DNA of 64,000 nt from Octopus vulgaris (GCA_951406725.2 OX597816.1:103602001-103666000), one strand, 5' to 3'. Counted from the first letter of the stretch, positions 1-12,786 are shown. Notes: generated from the letters alone by a model not told the origin. A program made the numbers and translations.

Positions 1-1110
1 TTTCATTATATCCATCTCTGTACTAATGATAGCACTTAGATGTGGAGAATTCATATTTCTGAAAAGTCATATGAGCAGTAAAGGTACATAATTTCATGTG
101 TGATCTTGCTGTGATCTTCCTGTGCTGCTAATTCATCTAGAGTCATGTTTCTTCTCTGTACATATAAAAATTTTACTGCACTATTTTATGTACCCATTAT
201 TTGAACTGAGTTAAAAAACACTGAATTCCTATCAACCCCTCTCTTACATACTGAACAAAACTTTCGACCTAGATGGCAGTGGGTTATTGGATTCCCTGTT
301 GTTGATCATTACTTTGGTGTTTCTCATGTTTATCATTAGGCTTTTAGGCTCCTGAAAATATCATCAGATTTTGGAGTTTATTCTACAATGCTTCAATAGA
401 TTCTGAAACCACAACAGATAAACATACCAATAGACATCCAGTTCTGAAATTCTCTTTTATTGCCTTAAGTACCATGTGAATAGGAGTAGAATTTTGTGCT
501 TAAGACAATAAATGAATGAATCCAAATGACTGACTGTATTGACCTATACTAATTATGCCAGCAGAAACATAATACATAAATGTAATAAGTTTTAAATAAG
601 TTTTGCTGACTATATTTCAATAATCACTGATTGCTTCCATCATCAAGGATATAACTTCACTGAAATATCTCATTAATTAATTAATATATTAATTCTTTTT
701 TTTTGTCTGTCTTCTACAGTAGCTTACTACTTCAGGGACATAAACTTACTGACTCTTATCCATCACTCTCCCTTTCAGATATTGTGCATATGTATCTATC
801 TATTTACCCATCTGTCTCTTTATCTATTTAACTATCTGTCTGAATGCTTGTATATCTGTTTGAGTACATAGATAGGGAAGTATGTGCTGTTTTGTGCCCC
901 AATGTATTACCTAGTGTATATATGAATTTGTGTCTATCTGTGTGCATGTGTGTGTGTGTACAAGGCTGTGTGCATGTGTGTGTTTGCATATATCTATATG
1001 TATTCGCTTTTATGTCTATTTTTCCTTGATAGCATGGGTTAGATGACTATATTCACAAACATACACATGCATGACTACACACTTGCACATATTTGTACAC
1101 TCATACATGC

Positions 1111-1123
1111 TTTCTCTCTCTCT

Positions 1124-1163
<40 letters not shown>

Positions 1164-1207
1164 CACCCACACACACACATGCAAAAATACACACATACAC
1201 ACACACG
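1111..1207. repeat. (CT)n-(CA)n compound microsatellite
   Basis: Direct dinucleotide runs; these explain the HTHT/CVCV ORFs. Confidence 0.95.
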
Positions 1208-1454
1208 TTTTGATTATTATACTTAATGTTGTTACAGCTGAGATAGTGATTCACTCTCAAAATGTTATTTCTGTTATTGGCTGTCCAGTCACTTAACAGT
1301 AATGACTAATTTATTCAAGAAATTTATTAAAATTCCAAATTTAGTTTCTGATATGGAATTTTAAGAAATTTTTCTTTTTACAGTTGCATTGTTGAAGATT
1401 GCTATCTAAAACCCACTTTTGCTGATAAATTTACTTTTGTTTTATTATCAACCT

Positions 1455-1538
1455 GCAGAACCATTAGCATGCCAGGCAAAATACTTAGCAGTATTTTGTC
1501 TGTCTTTACATTCTGAGTTCAAATTCTGCTGAGGTCGA
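1455..1538 (+). mobile_element. Family E SINE head fragment (tRNA-derived)
   Basis: GCAGAACCATTAGCATGCC...TTCTGAGTTCAAATTCTGCTGAGGTCGA matches the copies at 15020-15700, 52758 and 60098; B-box-like GAGTTCAAATTC. Confidence 0.7.
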
Positions 1539-1539
1539 T

Positions 1540-2730
1540 CAGGTATCGAAGGTCAGATTTGTAACAGTGTAGACCTAGATGAGATGCAGTTTGGCTTTGT
1601 GTTCCAAAGAGGTACCATAGATGCAGCCTTTCTTGGGAAGCAGCTGCAAGGAAAGTATTTGGCTAAAGGTTGATCACTATTCTTGGCATTCGTTGACTTG
1701 GAGAAGGTGTTTGACAGGGTAACATGTTAAGTAATTTCATGATCACTGAGAAAATGAGATGTAGACAGATGGCTTGTGAATGCAGTATGAGCAATCTACA
1801 AAGAAGCAGCAAGTAAAGTTGAAGTCAATAATGATTTCAATGATGAGCTTGATGTGAGGTTAGGACTCCAACAATGTTCAGTCCTTAGTTCTATCCTATT
1901 CATGTGAGTCCTACATGCCATCACAGTCTTTGAGGATTCCTATGTGCTAATGATCTAGTTCTTACAGCTCAATCTGTATAAGAAATTAAAGGGAAAATTC
2001 CAGGTTTGGAAGCTCAACCTAGAGCTTTTTTTGTTCCTTCTCGAGCCATGCCTGGCTCATAAGGGCCGGTTTCCTTGGCGTATAGGTTCCCCACCTGGAC
2101 GGGACACTGGTCCATTACAGGTGAGCTGCAAAATGCAGGAGGAAAGAGTGAGAGAAAGTTGTGGCAAAAGAGTCAGCAGAAGTTCGCCCTTACCTTCTGC
2201 TGGAGCCGTGTAGAGCTTAGGTGTTTCGCTCATAAACACACATATCGCCCGATCTGAGATTCGAACCTGCGATCCCTCAACCACGAGTCCGCTGCTCTAA
2301 CCACTAGGCCATGTACCTCCACATAACCTAGAACTGGGAAGTCTTAAGGTAAACTTAGCAAAGACAAAGGTTTTAGTAAGGAGGAAAGAAGATAGGACTC
2401 TGGTATCTTCAGGAAAATGGTCCTGTTTAATATGCAGAAAAGGAATATCCAATGTAAGCTATCAAAGAACATAAACTTTGTATGTGATAGATGTACTGGA
2501 GCAGTATATTCTACGAGCACACTGAAAATAGATTCTATTAAATACCTGGATTATTTACCAGAAATAGTTGATAGCTTTTGTAACTTAGGAGATATAATTA
2601 GTAGGGGAGATGGTTGCTCTGAAAGTACAGTAGTCAGAATAAGAACAGATCAGTGAAAGTTCAGGAGCTACCACTATTATTAACAACTACAGCCTTTTTC
2701 CTCAGTGTGAAGGGCAGATTGTACGAGTCA
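1540..2730 (+). pseudogene. Decayed RTE-clade LINE reverse transcriptase fragment, interrupted by a SINE
   Basis: Manual translation: DEMQFGFV..RGTIDAAF..QLQGKYL..LFLAFVDLEKVFDRV..GLQQCSVLSSILF..LCANDLVL (YADD box)..WKLNLE/LGSLKVNLAKTKVL..GKWSCLICRKG..FVCDRC..VDSFCNLGDII..KGRLYE; several stop codons. Confidence 0.9.
2024..2324 (-). mobile_element. Full-length tRNA-derived SINE nested in the RTE fragment
   Basis: Minus strand has A-box TGGCCTAGTGG, B-box GGTTCGAATC and an A-rich tail; 8-bp TSD AACCTAGA at 2016-2023 and 2325-2332. Confidence 0.9.
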
Positions 2731-3565
2731 TAGAGAGCTAGGTTTTTCTTCTTCATCATCACACTATGAGTGTCTGTGAGATCTTGTATGATCACTTTGT
2801 TCCTAAGGATACTTGTAGATATAAATATGTGCAGGTTAACTTCTTCATATCCACTATAGAGGTCTGTTGGGAAGGTAGTCAGTGTTTCTGCCCAGACTAA
2901 AACTATAATTATCAATTATTAAGGATTAAAGGTAAACAATTTCCAATTTATTATATAAATGCTAATTTAATGTGTAGAAGTCAGTGTTTTCTTCTGTAAA
3001 TAGCAACTATTTTGATGTTAGACAGGTACAAATTCTGCCTGTTTTCAAGTTCAAAGTGAATTCTATGTGTAAAGCTATTAATCGCAAGCTTTGAATTTAG
3101 CTCCAGAATGAATTAAATAAAGTGTAATGAAGACAGAAATAATTCCACCTTTCATTAAGTGTCATTATAGAATGAAGGGTATGCATATACGTGTTTGTGG
3201 ATGTCTTCTATTACCATTTTCTGAGTGAAATTGGGTAAGAAAAGCTATACTGAAGCCTGCCGTATTCACTGTAGGTGGTAATCTGTCTCTTGGTTTTACA
3301 CTGTCTACATTGTCCTCAGGTATCTTTAGTGAAGTGAAGTGAATTTCAAGAATCTGAACTTAATCTTTGATCTTCAGCTAGGCTTTGAAACATGGATTCT
3401 TCCCTTTTTATCACCGTTCATTGAAGCTATGTAGAAAAGAATTAAGTGATGCTCTTCCTCTTCTAATTAATCCATCAAGAATAGCCTAAGAGAAATCTTT
3501 TGAATAAATAATTTTATTTCTTTTCAAATATTAACTGTTATACCTTTCATCATTTGTCTTTTAAT

Positions 3566-3922
3566 TGTTTCAGTCATTTGACTGCAGCCATGCTGGGGCA
3601 CTGCCTTGAAGGTTTTAGTCAAACAAATCAACCCCAGTATTATTTTCTTTAAAGTCTGGTATTTATTTTATTAATTACTTTTTGTTAAATCCCTAAATTA
3701 CAAGGATGTAAACAAACCAACACCTGTTGTCAAGTGGTAGTGAGGAGAAACACGAAGACACACGTAGATGATAGACTTCCATCGAGTTTCCATCTACCAA
3801 ATTCACTCACAAGGCGTTGATTGCTCTGGGGCTGTAGTAGAAGAGATTTGCTCAGGGTGCAAGGGACTGAACCCAAAAACATGTGGTTTGCAAAGTAAAC
3901 TTCCTAACAACACAGACATGCC
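3566..3922 (-). mobile_element. Family A SINE (abundant tRNA-headed SINE)
   Basis: Tail TGTTTCAGTCATTTGACTGCAGCCATGCTGGGGCACTGCC and head region ..CATCTACCAAATTCACTCACAAGG..CCCAAAAACATGTGG; same family as 24575, 24925, 60610 and 61604. Confidence 0.85.
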
Positions 3923-3924
3923 AG

Positions 3925-4062
3925 ACCTTTCCCCACACTCTCCCTCTCTCTTCTTTCTCCTTCCTTCCCTCCCCCTCCCTGTTTCCACCTCTCCCCTCTC
4001 TCACCCCTCTCTCCCTCACCCCCTCTCCATCACCCCTCTATCTCCCTCACCTCCTCTCTCTG
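3925..4062. repeat. CT-rich polypyrimidine low-complexity tract
   Basis: Almost pure C/T on the + strand. Confidence 0.85.
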
Positions 4063-4740
4063 TATATAAATTAACATTGTGAACCATTTATATAACATTC
4101 TGTTGGTTCAATAAAGCACATTGAAACAAAAATGTTTAAGATTATTTTATTTCAGATTTTGGAAACTATTTCGTTTGAACAAGAGGTGTTTAAAACAGCT
4201 CTTGTATGAATTAAAGAATTTATCACTGTTAAAATATCTCCAAATAAATGTAATCAGACACAAACTACTCCATCAGCTCATTGCTTTATTCCAGTTGTAT
4301 TCCAAAACTAATCTCCTCCTTAGCACTCAATTGGTATCAAAAGAATCTATGTACATTACACTGTTCACAAGAGCACTCAATCCATTAGTTAAATAAATTT
4401 CTCCAAATGTTCTGTTGATTTTCGCTATGATTGGCAAGATCTTACAAGATTCATCAGTTCTTTGAGAGAGAGAGAGAGAGTTGTTTTCATTTCTCTCTCT
4501 GTGTTGTTACATTTACTACTTTCTTTTTTTTATTTATTTGTTATGTCTCCATTCTGATGTTGGTGTGGTTATGTGTAAAGTAGCCCATATATATATATAT
4601 ATATATATATATAAACATTTATGTGCATTCTTGTTGATCTTACTAATGCTAATAATTTCAATGAGTGCATAACCTTTTTAACTTGTATTCTCTGTTATGT
4701 AATAGGACAGTTGATATATATGTTATATGAAAATACAAAT

Positions 4741-5056
4741 GAAGGCACATGGTTTAGTGGTTAGGGGTATTCAACTCATGGTCATATGGTCATGAGTTCA
4801 ATTCCTGGTGGTGCATTGTGTTCTTGACTTATTTTATGTTGCTCCTAGTCCACTCAGTTGACAAAAATGAGTAGTACTTGTATTTTCAAGGGCCAGCCTT
4901 GTCACATTGTGTGTCACAGTGAATCCCACTGAAAATTATATAAAGGGTATGTGTGTTTGTGGAGTGCTCAGCCACTTGCACATAAATTTAATAAGCTTGC
5001 TCTTCCATTTGCCGGAACAACTGGAACCCTCATTGCTGTAACCAATGGAGTACCAG
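4741..5056 (+). mobile_element. Family D tRNA-derived SINE
   Basis: A-box TGGTTTAGTGG, B-box GAGTTCAATTCC, body ..GTCCACTCAGTTG..GGAGTGCTCAGCCACTTGCAC; a degenerate relative lies near 29360-29520. Confidence 0.8.
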
Positions 5057-5141
5057 AAGTATGAAAATACCACACAATGAGCCAATGAGGGTTTCTGTTA
5101 ATAGTGACTTGATCTGCTTGATTCCTTCTATATAATACCAT

Positions 5142-6530
5142 ATTCTAAGAGCTTTTACCTCTGTTGGCAACCAAAGATCTCTCCCTCTATGTGAAAGGAA
5201 GATTGTATGATGCTTGTGTACAAACTGCAATGCTACATAGTAGTGAGGCATAGGCCCTGAATGCAAAAACTAGAGAGAAATGAAGCAGATATGCTCTGCT
5301 GGATATGCAATGTCAGTGTGCTTATGTGAAAGAATGTTAGTGTATTGGGAGAGAAGTTAGGCATAAGAGGAATTAGATGCAGTATGTAAGAGAGAAGACT
5401 GTAGTGGTTTGGTCAGGTGATGTATATGAATGAGGACAATTACGTAAAGAAGTGCCATTCACCTAAAGTGGATGGATGTTGTGGAAGACATGGGACAAAG
5501 TATTGAAGGTCAATCTGAAAATGCTGAACCATTTGAAGATGACAAAGTACCAAGATATGTGGGTCATTGCTGTACACAAGAAGACCTGCCACCACAATAA
5601 AACTTGGTAATTCTTGTCCGTGAGGTACTCATACTATGTGCCTATTCCTGAGAGTAGAATAGGTACACATTACACTCCATGGCTTTCTTAATTACCTTTA
5701 TCCATCCCCACTTTTTTTACCTGCCTACTAACTCCACTAATCACCTCCTTTCTGCACCTCCTTTATGCATTTTCCCCTTTCTGCACCTTCTCTCTCCTCC
5801 TTGTGCTGCTTTCCATCATCAACTACTCACTTGCCTGCTATTACCCTCAGTGCCTTCACATACTTACTGCAACCCTTGCCCTCTGAGCCTCTCCTATATT
5901 TCTCTCCACCATTTGCTACAGTCACCTCATCCTGCCCACTCACCCAACCTAAGCCTTTATATCATCTTACCTATTCTCATTCTCCCCAATGTTCCTTGAA
6001 GGCATGTCCCAACACATCCCTTTTATCATCTTTACCACTATCACTCCTTTTACCTTACTCTCCCACTCATTTTCCTTTGTTTTCCCACTGGGGTACCCAT
6101 GTATCTATTTTACAGTAAAATACCTATATCTGTACCCTCTGTACTTTAATCCTCTCAACTGACACCCCTTCAATACTACTCTGCCGCCACTCCCAGTTGA
6201 AGGGTTCTTGTTTTGCAAAGCACTTGGTGATTCTAATGATGCTGGTGTTACATAAAACGCGCTGATGATGGCACCATGTAAAAAGCACTGATGATGGTGC
6301 CATGTAAAAAGTACTGATGGTGGTGTCACATAAAAAGTGCTGGTGCTAGTTTCACATAGAAAGCACCCAGTACACTCTGTAAAGTGGTTGGTGTTGGGAA
6401 GGGGATCCAGCTGCAGAAACCATGCCAAAACAGACTATGGAGCCTGCTTTGGGTCCTGTTCTTACCAGCTCCTGTCAAACCATCCAACCTATACCAGCAT
6501 GGAAAACAGATGTTAAATGATGATGATGAT
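5142..6530 (+). mobile_element. 3' end of an RTE LINE: ORF C-terminus, CT-rich UTR, 26-bp VNTR and family B terminus with (GAT)n tail
   Basis: 5142-5590 translates ELLPLLATKDLSLYVKGRLYDACVQTAMLHSSE..LERNEADMLCWICNVSV..ERRL*WFGQVM; then a CT-rich stretch, ~5 copies of CTGATGATGGCACCATGTAAAAAGCA (6240-6370), and ..CATGGAAAACAGATGTTAAATGATGATGAT. Confidence 0.8.
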
Positions 6531-6894
6531 ACTCTCTTAAAAAGAGTATCGTTTATTGGGTAACATGTTCCTGGGAGTACTCTTTCAAGAAAAACAAGAT
6601 AAAATACTTGTGGCTGGAATGTTTTTGATCATACATCATCTTGTTTAGAGCTGACCTGGGGCTAAACAATGATAAAAACAGCAACTACAATATGATACTT
6701 GTGTTAGTTATTGACAAAGTCTTTAGCTCATTATCCACTCTGCCCCACATCTTTTTTATGTACTACTCTGAATCTGTTATCACACTGTGTCTGTGACTGG
6801 TACTTTCATATCTCTTCAGATTTTTGAGAAACTTATTTTAAGATAATACCCTAGCTGGCATAATCAACATTATTATGTAGCCAATGGGGAAGCA

Positions 6895-7090
6895 TTCATG
6901 TGATTGATTGACCTGCTAGAAATAGCAGCCAAATTCCCTTTATATCAGACAGCTGTTTTTTAAAAAGAATACATAAAATAAACTTAGATTTATTAAGTGT
7001 GAACAAGAAAGACAGGATGTTTATGGCTGGAATGCATTTAACCATAAATCTACTCAAAAAAGGCTTAACTGAATCTAAAATATAACACAC
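6895..7090 (+). mobile_element. Family C interspersed repeat (SINE-like)
   Basis: TTGACCTGCTAGAAATAGCAGCCAAA..ATGGCTGGAATG..; related copies at ~6600, 10855, 12050(-), 19500(-), 21048(-), 22070, 26620, 29600, 44550, 47918(-) and 49325. Confidence 0.7.
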
Positions 7091-7839
7091 ATGGACACAT
7101 GTCAGCCAACAATCAATATAACCTTTTTTGCAAAATCACTATAATTTAAAACCACCTTCTTATTTTTCATATTTCCACCTCACTCAAACATTGGCCTTAA
7201 AAAATATACATGGATAACTTGCTGTCTGGTTTTTTTTCTTCTTATTTCTTATTTCTAATGAAGGACAAATAAATGTGAAATATTTCTGTCATTTATTCCA
7301 TGTCAAACTAATGCAACATTTTATTTTACTAATCATTGTCTATATTTTTATAAAACTGAATGTACTTTTCTTTATGTTGATACAGTCATACTTGTATCCA
7401 TACCAGATTATCTCCTGGAGTAACAACCCTGACACTTTTGGTTTACAATTTTGGATTCTCATGGATTACCATTTCTAATTACATTGGATCTAATTTATTA
7501 CATTATATGTGTGTACATTTTTTTTTTTCACATGTGAACTAGAGAGGGAATAGCAAAATACTTTAAACCAAGTGGGTAAATGACTGGAAAGTTTGTAAAT
7601 CTAAACTTCTGAAATGATATATATTTTCACAGATCTATCACTACTATATTTTCTCAGGTCCATTACAATTCTACTTTCTATGTCTATGTTGCTTCTGTTT
7701 TTCTGAATCCTAGTATTCCAAGCTTGTAACTAAAGTAGTTTCTTGTAGTGCCCCCATAAATCTAGAATTATAATCCACTTAAAATATTTGCAAAGTTTTC
7801 ATTATATTTTTGTGTATGTGTTTGTGTGGGTATATACAT

Positions 7840-8100
7840 CTCATCATCACCCTCATAATCATAATCAAGGTTTGACTGTCTAGTCCATGCCAGCATAGTT
7901 TAGATAACTGTCACAGTTTGAGTCAGTTCTTATTTGTGTTACTGCCCTCATAGATGGCTGAGGCAACCATGTCTCACTCTTTCATTCCATTTTTGCCTGG
8001 CTTCTGCAGCTGGTTGCCCTTCTGATTGTCATCAGTTTTCCAGAGTTTACTAGATTCAATATATCATGGTACCAGCATTAGACACGATGACACCTGAAAA
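7840..8100 (-). mobile_element. Degenerate family B repeat (RTE-type 3' end)
   Basis: (CAT)-like tail, CCATGCCAGCAT.., GCAGCTGGTTGCCCTTC core. Confidence 0.6.
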
Positions 8101-8397
8101 ACATTGAAGTATCCTCTCTGTTCTCATTTGTCTCCATTTGTTCAAGGAAGATGTGACTGAATGAGTCAGCAGAAGAGAAAATGGTGACAGAGGGAGAACC
8201 AGGTGAGATAATATTAAAAAAAACCAGAAGAATGAGTATGAAGGGAGATATATTGCAGTTTTTGCTACATACATACATACATGCACGTACACACACACAA
8301 ACATATATACAAAAAGCTGCCACATCCAGGTTAAATGTTATATTTCTGCAGATTTGTATGGCATATATAATATAATATATGCAATAACTCTGTGTGA

Positions 8398-8429
<32 letters not shown>

Positions 8430-9463
8430 GTATATATATAGAATATATAAGGAAAATATATTTGGGTGCATGCACACAAACATGCACACACATATGTATG
8501 CATGTGTGTGTGTGTGTGTGTGTGTATCATCAAAGCTATACATTTTTCCATCTAGTTTCAGCGTAGACAGTTTGTAAGTAAAAGGGAAGTTAGCTATTTT
8601 CCCAAGAGAAATTCACCATAGAGAACATATCAAAGGAAGTTCATATGTACGTATCATCCGATGGGATTTGTGATATATCTTTGTCATGTGGACATTAGTC
8701 AAGAAAGACAGAAACTTTTCCGGAAATACTGAATTTGATATTTATAGATATATGGAATTGTAAATCCACAAGAACATTATGTCTTCAATCAGTACAGCTG
8801 TAGACAAATCATAAAAGTAATAAAAGATGAAAGTTGTGTGTGTTTAAACGCACTCAAACACACACACAAAAACACATGCATGCACATGTACATACATGCA
8901 CACGCACACACATATGCGTACATAAACACACACATACCTCTCTCCAAATGAAACAACTTGCAAGAATCATGTAACTATTGACACAAAATTTTATATATAT
9001 GCACACACATACATACACACATATATACACTTTCATCCATTTTATGTCCATTTTTACATGTTAGTATGGCAATGCACTTTTTGTTGCTGACTTGCCTATC
9101 TGTTTTTCAAATAAAGCGCCTTTAATTCCATTAATCTTTAGAAGGTCCAGAGCTAGTAGATAATTTGTTAACATAGATTAACATTTCTAGCTCAGCAGTT
9201 TTTTTTATGCAACGTGCAGAATGCAAACATTCACACAGATATTGATATATACACATACATGCATATATATATACATGCAACCATACATACATGGTGACTG
9301 TAGACTTGGATGACAAATTATCTTATTTTTTTTTTCCAGTAACCATACATACATGCATGCATGTATATGATGGGATTCATACAGGTTCTCTTTATCAAAT
9401 TCTTGACCTTAGAAGTATGAAAATCAAAGTGGACTTGAGCAGGAATTGATCTCAGAATGTAAA

Positions 9464-10012
9464 TTTCATCCCTCTATCCGTCTTCTCTGCCCACTATTTC
9501 TGGATGTGGGGGTGGAATAAAGTCCTCAGGCACCTCCTTCATTAAGTTCTATCAGAAACAACTGTCATTAAACTTTCTGGCTGGATTCCCATGCATGACC
9601 GGCAGAGACTATGGATGTTAGCTAAGCATCTTGTTCTTGTTCTACCCCTAAACTTGGTTGGCTCACTTGAAGTTTCTGTCTTGCAATTCTTCCCTGTGAC
9701 ATTCAAGTCACATATCTGTTGTACAAGAGCTGTGATCTTTCAATGCAGAGAAATAGCGGCTTAATCTGCAGAGGCTCCTTTGTATCCAAGCCATGTACTC
9801 TGTCAAGTAATATTACTTCAGAGATCCTTTGAAGGAACACATCATTCCTTTCAAGAAAGTTTTCCCAGTGCACTCTGCATGTTAGTGAAACATCACTGTG
9901 ACAAGCAGAGAATAAAAAAAGAAGCTAAACTAGCTACCTTTGATTTGATTTCTTAGCTTATCGTCACCTTTGATCATGAATGTTGGATAATGACCAAAAG
10001 AGCACAATAGCA
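9464..10012 (-). mobile_element. 5'-inverted (twin-primed) RTE/Expander-type LINE 3' fragment
   Basis: Minus 9845->9470: FLQRISEVILLDRV..QIKPLFLCIERSQL..RGRTRTRCLANIHSL..RRCLRTL. Plus ~9890-10010: EAKLATFDLI..VTFDHECWIMTKR, the segment immediately upstream in the ORF. TSD AATGTAAA at 9456-9463 and 10013-10020. Confidence 0.75.
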
Positions 10013-10105
10013 AATGTAAAATGAAATGAAATACCGTAAGGTATTCTGCAGATGAAAATATATTTTGTCTTGCTAAGGAGCTTTTACACTAAAAGCTATA
10101 TTTAA

Positions 10106-10326
10106 CCCTTTCATTACTGTATTTATTTTGAGATACTTTGTGTTTCTTTCAATTATTTTAAATATAACAAAGAATTTAGTAAAATAACTTAGTTATCATT
10201 AAGTTAGTGTTAGGAACATAAATTGTGACTAAGGTTTGGTAGAAGATTTTAATTCAGAACTTTTGAAAACAAGACATTTGTACTACAGGGCCAGAGCTGG
10301 TTTCAGCCGGGTTGGTAACAAAAGGG
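10106..10326. mobile_element. piggyBac-type MITE
   Basis: TTAA on both sides (10102-10105, 10327-10330); TIRs CCCTTTCATTAC / GTAACAAAAGGG. Confidence 0.85.
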
Positions 10327-10497
10327 TTAAGAGAGAACTTATTATTTCAAATACAGCAGTTATTAAATAATGTGCTGCATATGTTTATAACTTACCTACA
10401 ACTGTCTGTAGAGAGAATGATTCTATAATTTAAGAGTGCCTATATTAGCCTCATCTTCAGAGATGAAAAATTATTTCCATCTTTTGTACATTTTGAT

Positions 10498-10850
10498 CAG
10501 TGGATCTCTGGGAAGTTTTATTTTTAAAATAAAGAATTCATTATTTTTAAGGATTATTTTTTTACTTCATGAGTGCATTGGAGATTAAACAAACAATTAC
10601 TGAAGTGTTGGAATTAAAAAAAAAATTACTGGGGTGCAATTCACATAAGTTAAACAAAAATCAGTTGGAAATTAAAAGTTGAAAAAGCTCCCAGAAAACT
10701 ATTGTTTAGCATGTTTTATTAATCATACTTATGTATAATAAAATTCAAAGTTCTCAAGTATTGGTATGAATTTTTTTAAACCATAATTTATATTTTTTAA
10801 TCTATAGTGCATTTAGATATCCCATGCAGTGCTCTTGTTAAGAACCACTG
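10498..10850. mobile_element. Probable hAT-type MITE inserted in a family C repeat
   Basis: Ends CAGTGGATCT / AAGAACCACTG; degenerate TSD CATTTTGAT / CATTAGAT. Confidence 0.5.
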
Positions 10851-11309
10851 CATTAGATAATTAAGTCCTAGACACCTGCTACAGAAAGAACAAGATGGGG
10901 ATAATTATGGAAATATACCTTTGACCATAGATCACCTCAGCTGAGTATTGACCCAGGGCTAAATAACAAAGTGCATTTGCAACAAAACAAATGTCATCTT
11001 ATCCAAACCAATACTAAGTTATTCTGAATGTGTTGTAATTCATTCTATCTGCTTAGCTTGATCCATAGAAACTCCTGTCACTTTCTTTCCCTGGCACATC
11101 TTTACAATTTATCTACTTCTCCTATTCCTCCTGATCCTCCTTCTGAGGTCTATGTTGAGATTATAGCAGCTCTCACTTTCTCTATCAATAGACTTAGTAG
11201 TATAATTCAATTACTCAACACAACTACTTCAATTATGCTATCTATACACCTCTCTGTTAAGAGTATGTCTACTCTACCAGTACCTGATTTCAGTACACTA
11301 CAAACAAAC

Positions 11310-11935
11310 ACTCTCTCTCTTTCTTTCTTTCTCTCTCTCTCTGTTTCTCTCTCTCTCCCTGTTTTTCTCTCCCCCTCTCTTTCACACACACCCTCTCTGT
11401 CACTCTCTCATTCTCACTCTCACTCATATATGTACACACATACACACACTTGCATACACTCACACATATATACACACATATATACACACATATAAATGCA
11501 CTTTCATATACACATGCACCACACATTGTCATAGGCATACATGCTCACACATACATTTGTATTCACACACACGCACACGCACATAATTATTCCTACACAT
11601 ATTTAATCACATGCAAACATTTCTACAAAATCACTCACATATGTATCCAGCAATCACACAAACACACATGCAAGCATACACGTATACACTATAAGCAATA
11701 CACATATGCACTTTTACCTATACAATATACACATATGTATTCTCACATAAAAACACACAATTCACACACAATTGCTTATTAAATCAAATACAGACACATC
11801 TGCCCAATCACTCATACATACTCATGTACACTCACACACACACGAATGCAGATATAGACTTATACATACATGTAAGAACAGACATAAGCAATATTACACC
11901 CACCCCCACCAAAACACACACACAAATATACATAA
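11310..11935. repeat. (CT)n followed by a long degenerate (CA/CATA)n tract
   Basis: Direct inspection. Confidence 0.9.
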
Positions 11936-12724
11936 CCTACAATAACGCAGCAGCCAAAACTAAGCTAATAAAAACTAGAGATAAAGAGAATGGTAGAGAA
12001 ATGGTAGTTTTGAAGAATAATTAACTTCAGTAGTTCCATCTTTACAAATGTTAGCATTTTGCTGTTGTTTAACCCTAGGCAGTTCCAATCAATCAGATCA
12101 AAGAGTTTCCAGTCATAGCCATTTTTCATTGTGGTTTTTCTTTCAAACATCATATATTCTGGACTACATGATCAAATGAATTCTTTTTTACTTTAAGATC
12201 TTCGGGTACAGTTTGAGGAAGATTTTGCGGTAAAATTTTTAGCAGTTCAAGTAACTATTATGAATTATATAGAATGTCTCTCATTGGTTCATGTTGGTGT
12301 TTATATAAACTGATAGTAAAATTTGAAACTTTAAACATATTTTTTGCTGGTTTCAGTCATTGAGCTACAGACATTAAACACTACCTTTAAGGGTAGATTC
12401 AATTATATCAACCTCAAGTGTTTATTTTATTGATTTGCGCATTTGTTTATCTATTGAACTTGAAAAGATAAAACGCAAGACAAACTCAAGCAGAGTTTGA
12501 ACTCAGAGCATGTCAGGAGTTATTTTGCACAATGCTCAACAGATTCTCTTTCAAGTACAACATGTCACAATATGTACTGTTTATGAAACAATACAGTAAA
12601 GTAGATGATATATGTCTAATAGTAAAATATATTTGAGGAAATATATTAAAATTGTTAATGAATAAAGAAAAAAAGGAATGTTTGGTTTTTCCTTCAACAT
12701 AAGTTGTCAGTATTTCAATGTATT

Positions 12725-12749
12725 TTACTACTACTACTACTACTACTTT

Positions 12750-12786
<37 letters not shown>

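Noticed and set aside
10394-10464. Minus-strand CTGAAGA...CAGACAGTTGTA resembling the 39459 hammerhead family
   Set aside because: GAAA is lost, stem II is unclear and stem I is only about 2 bp; too decayed to call.
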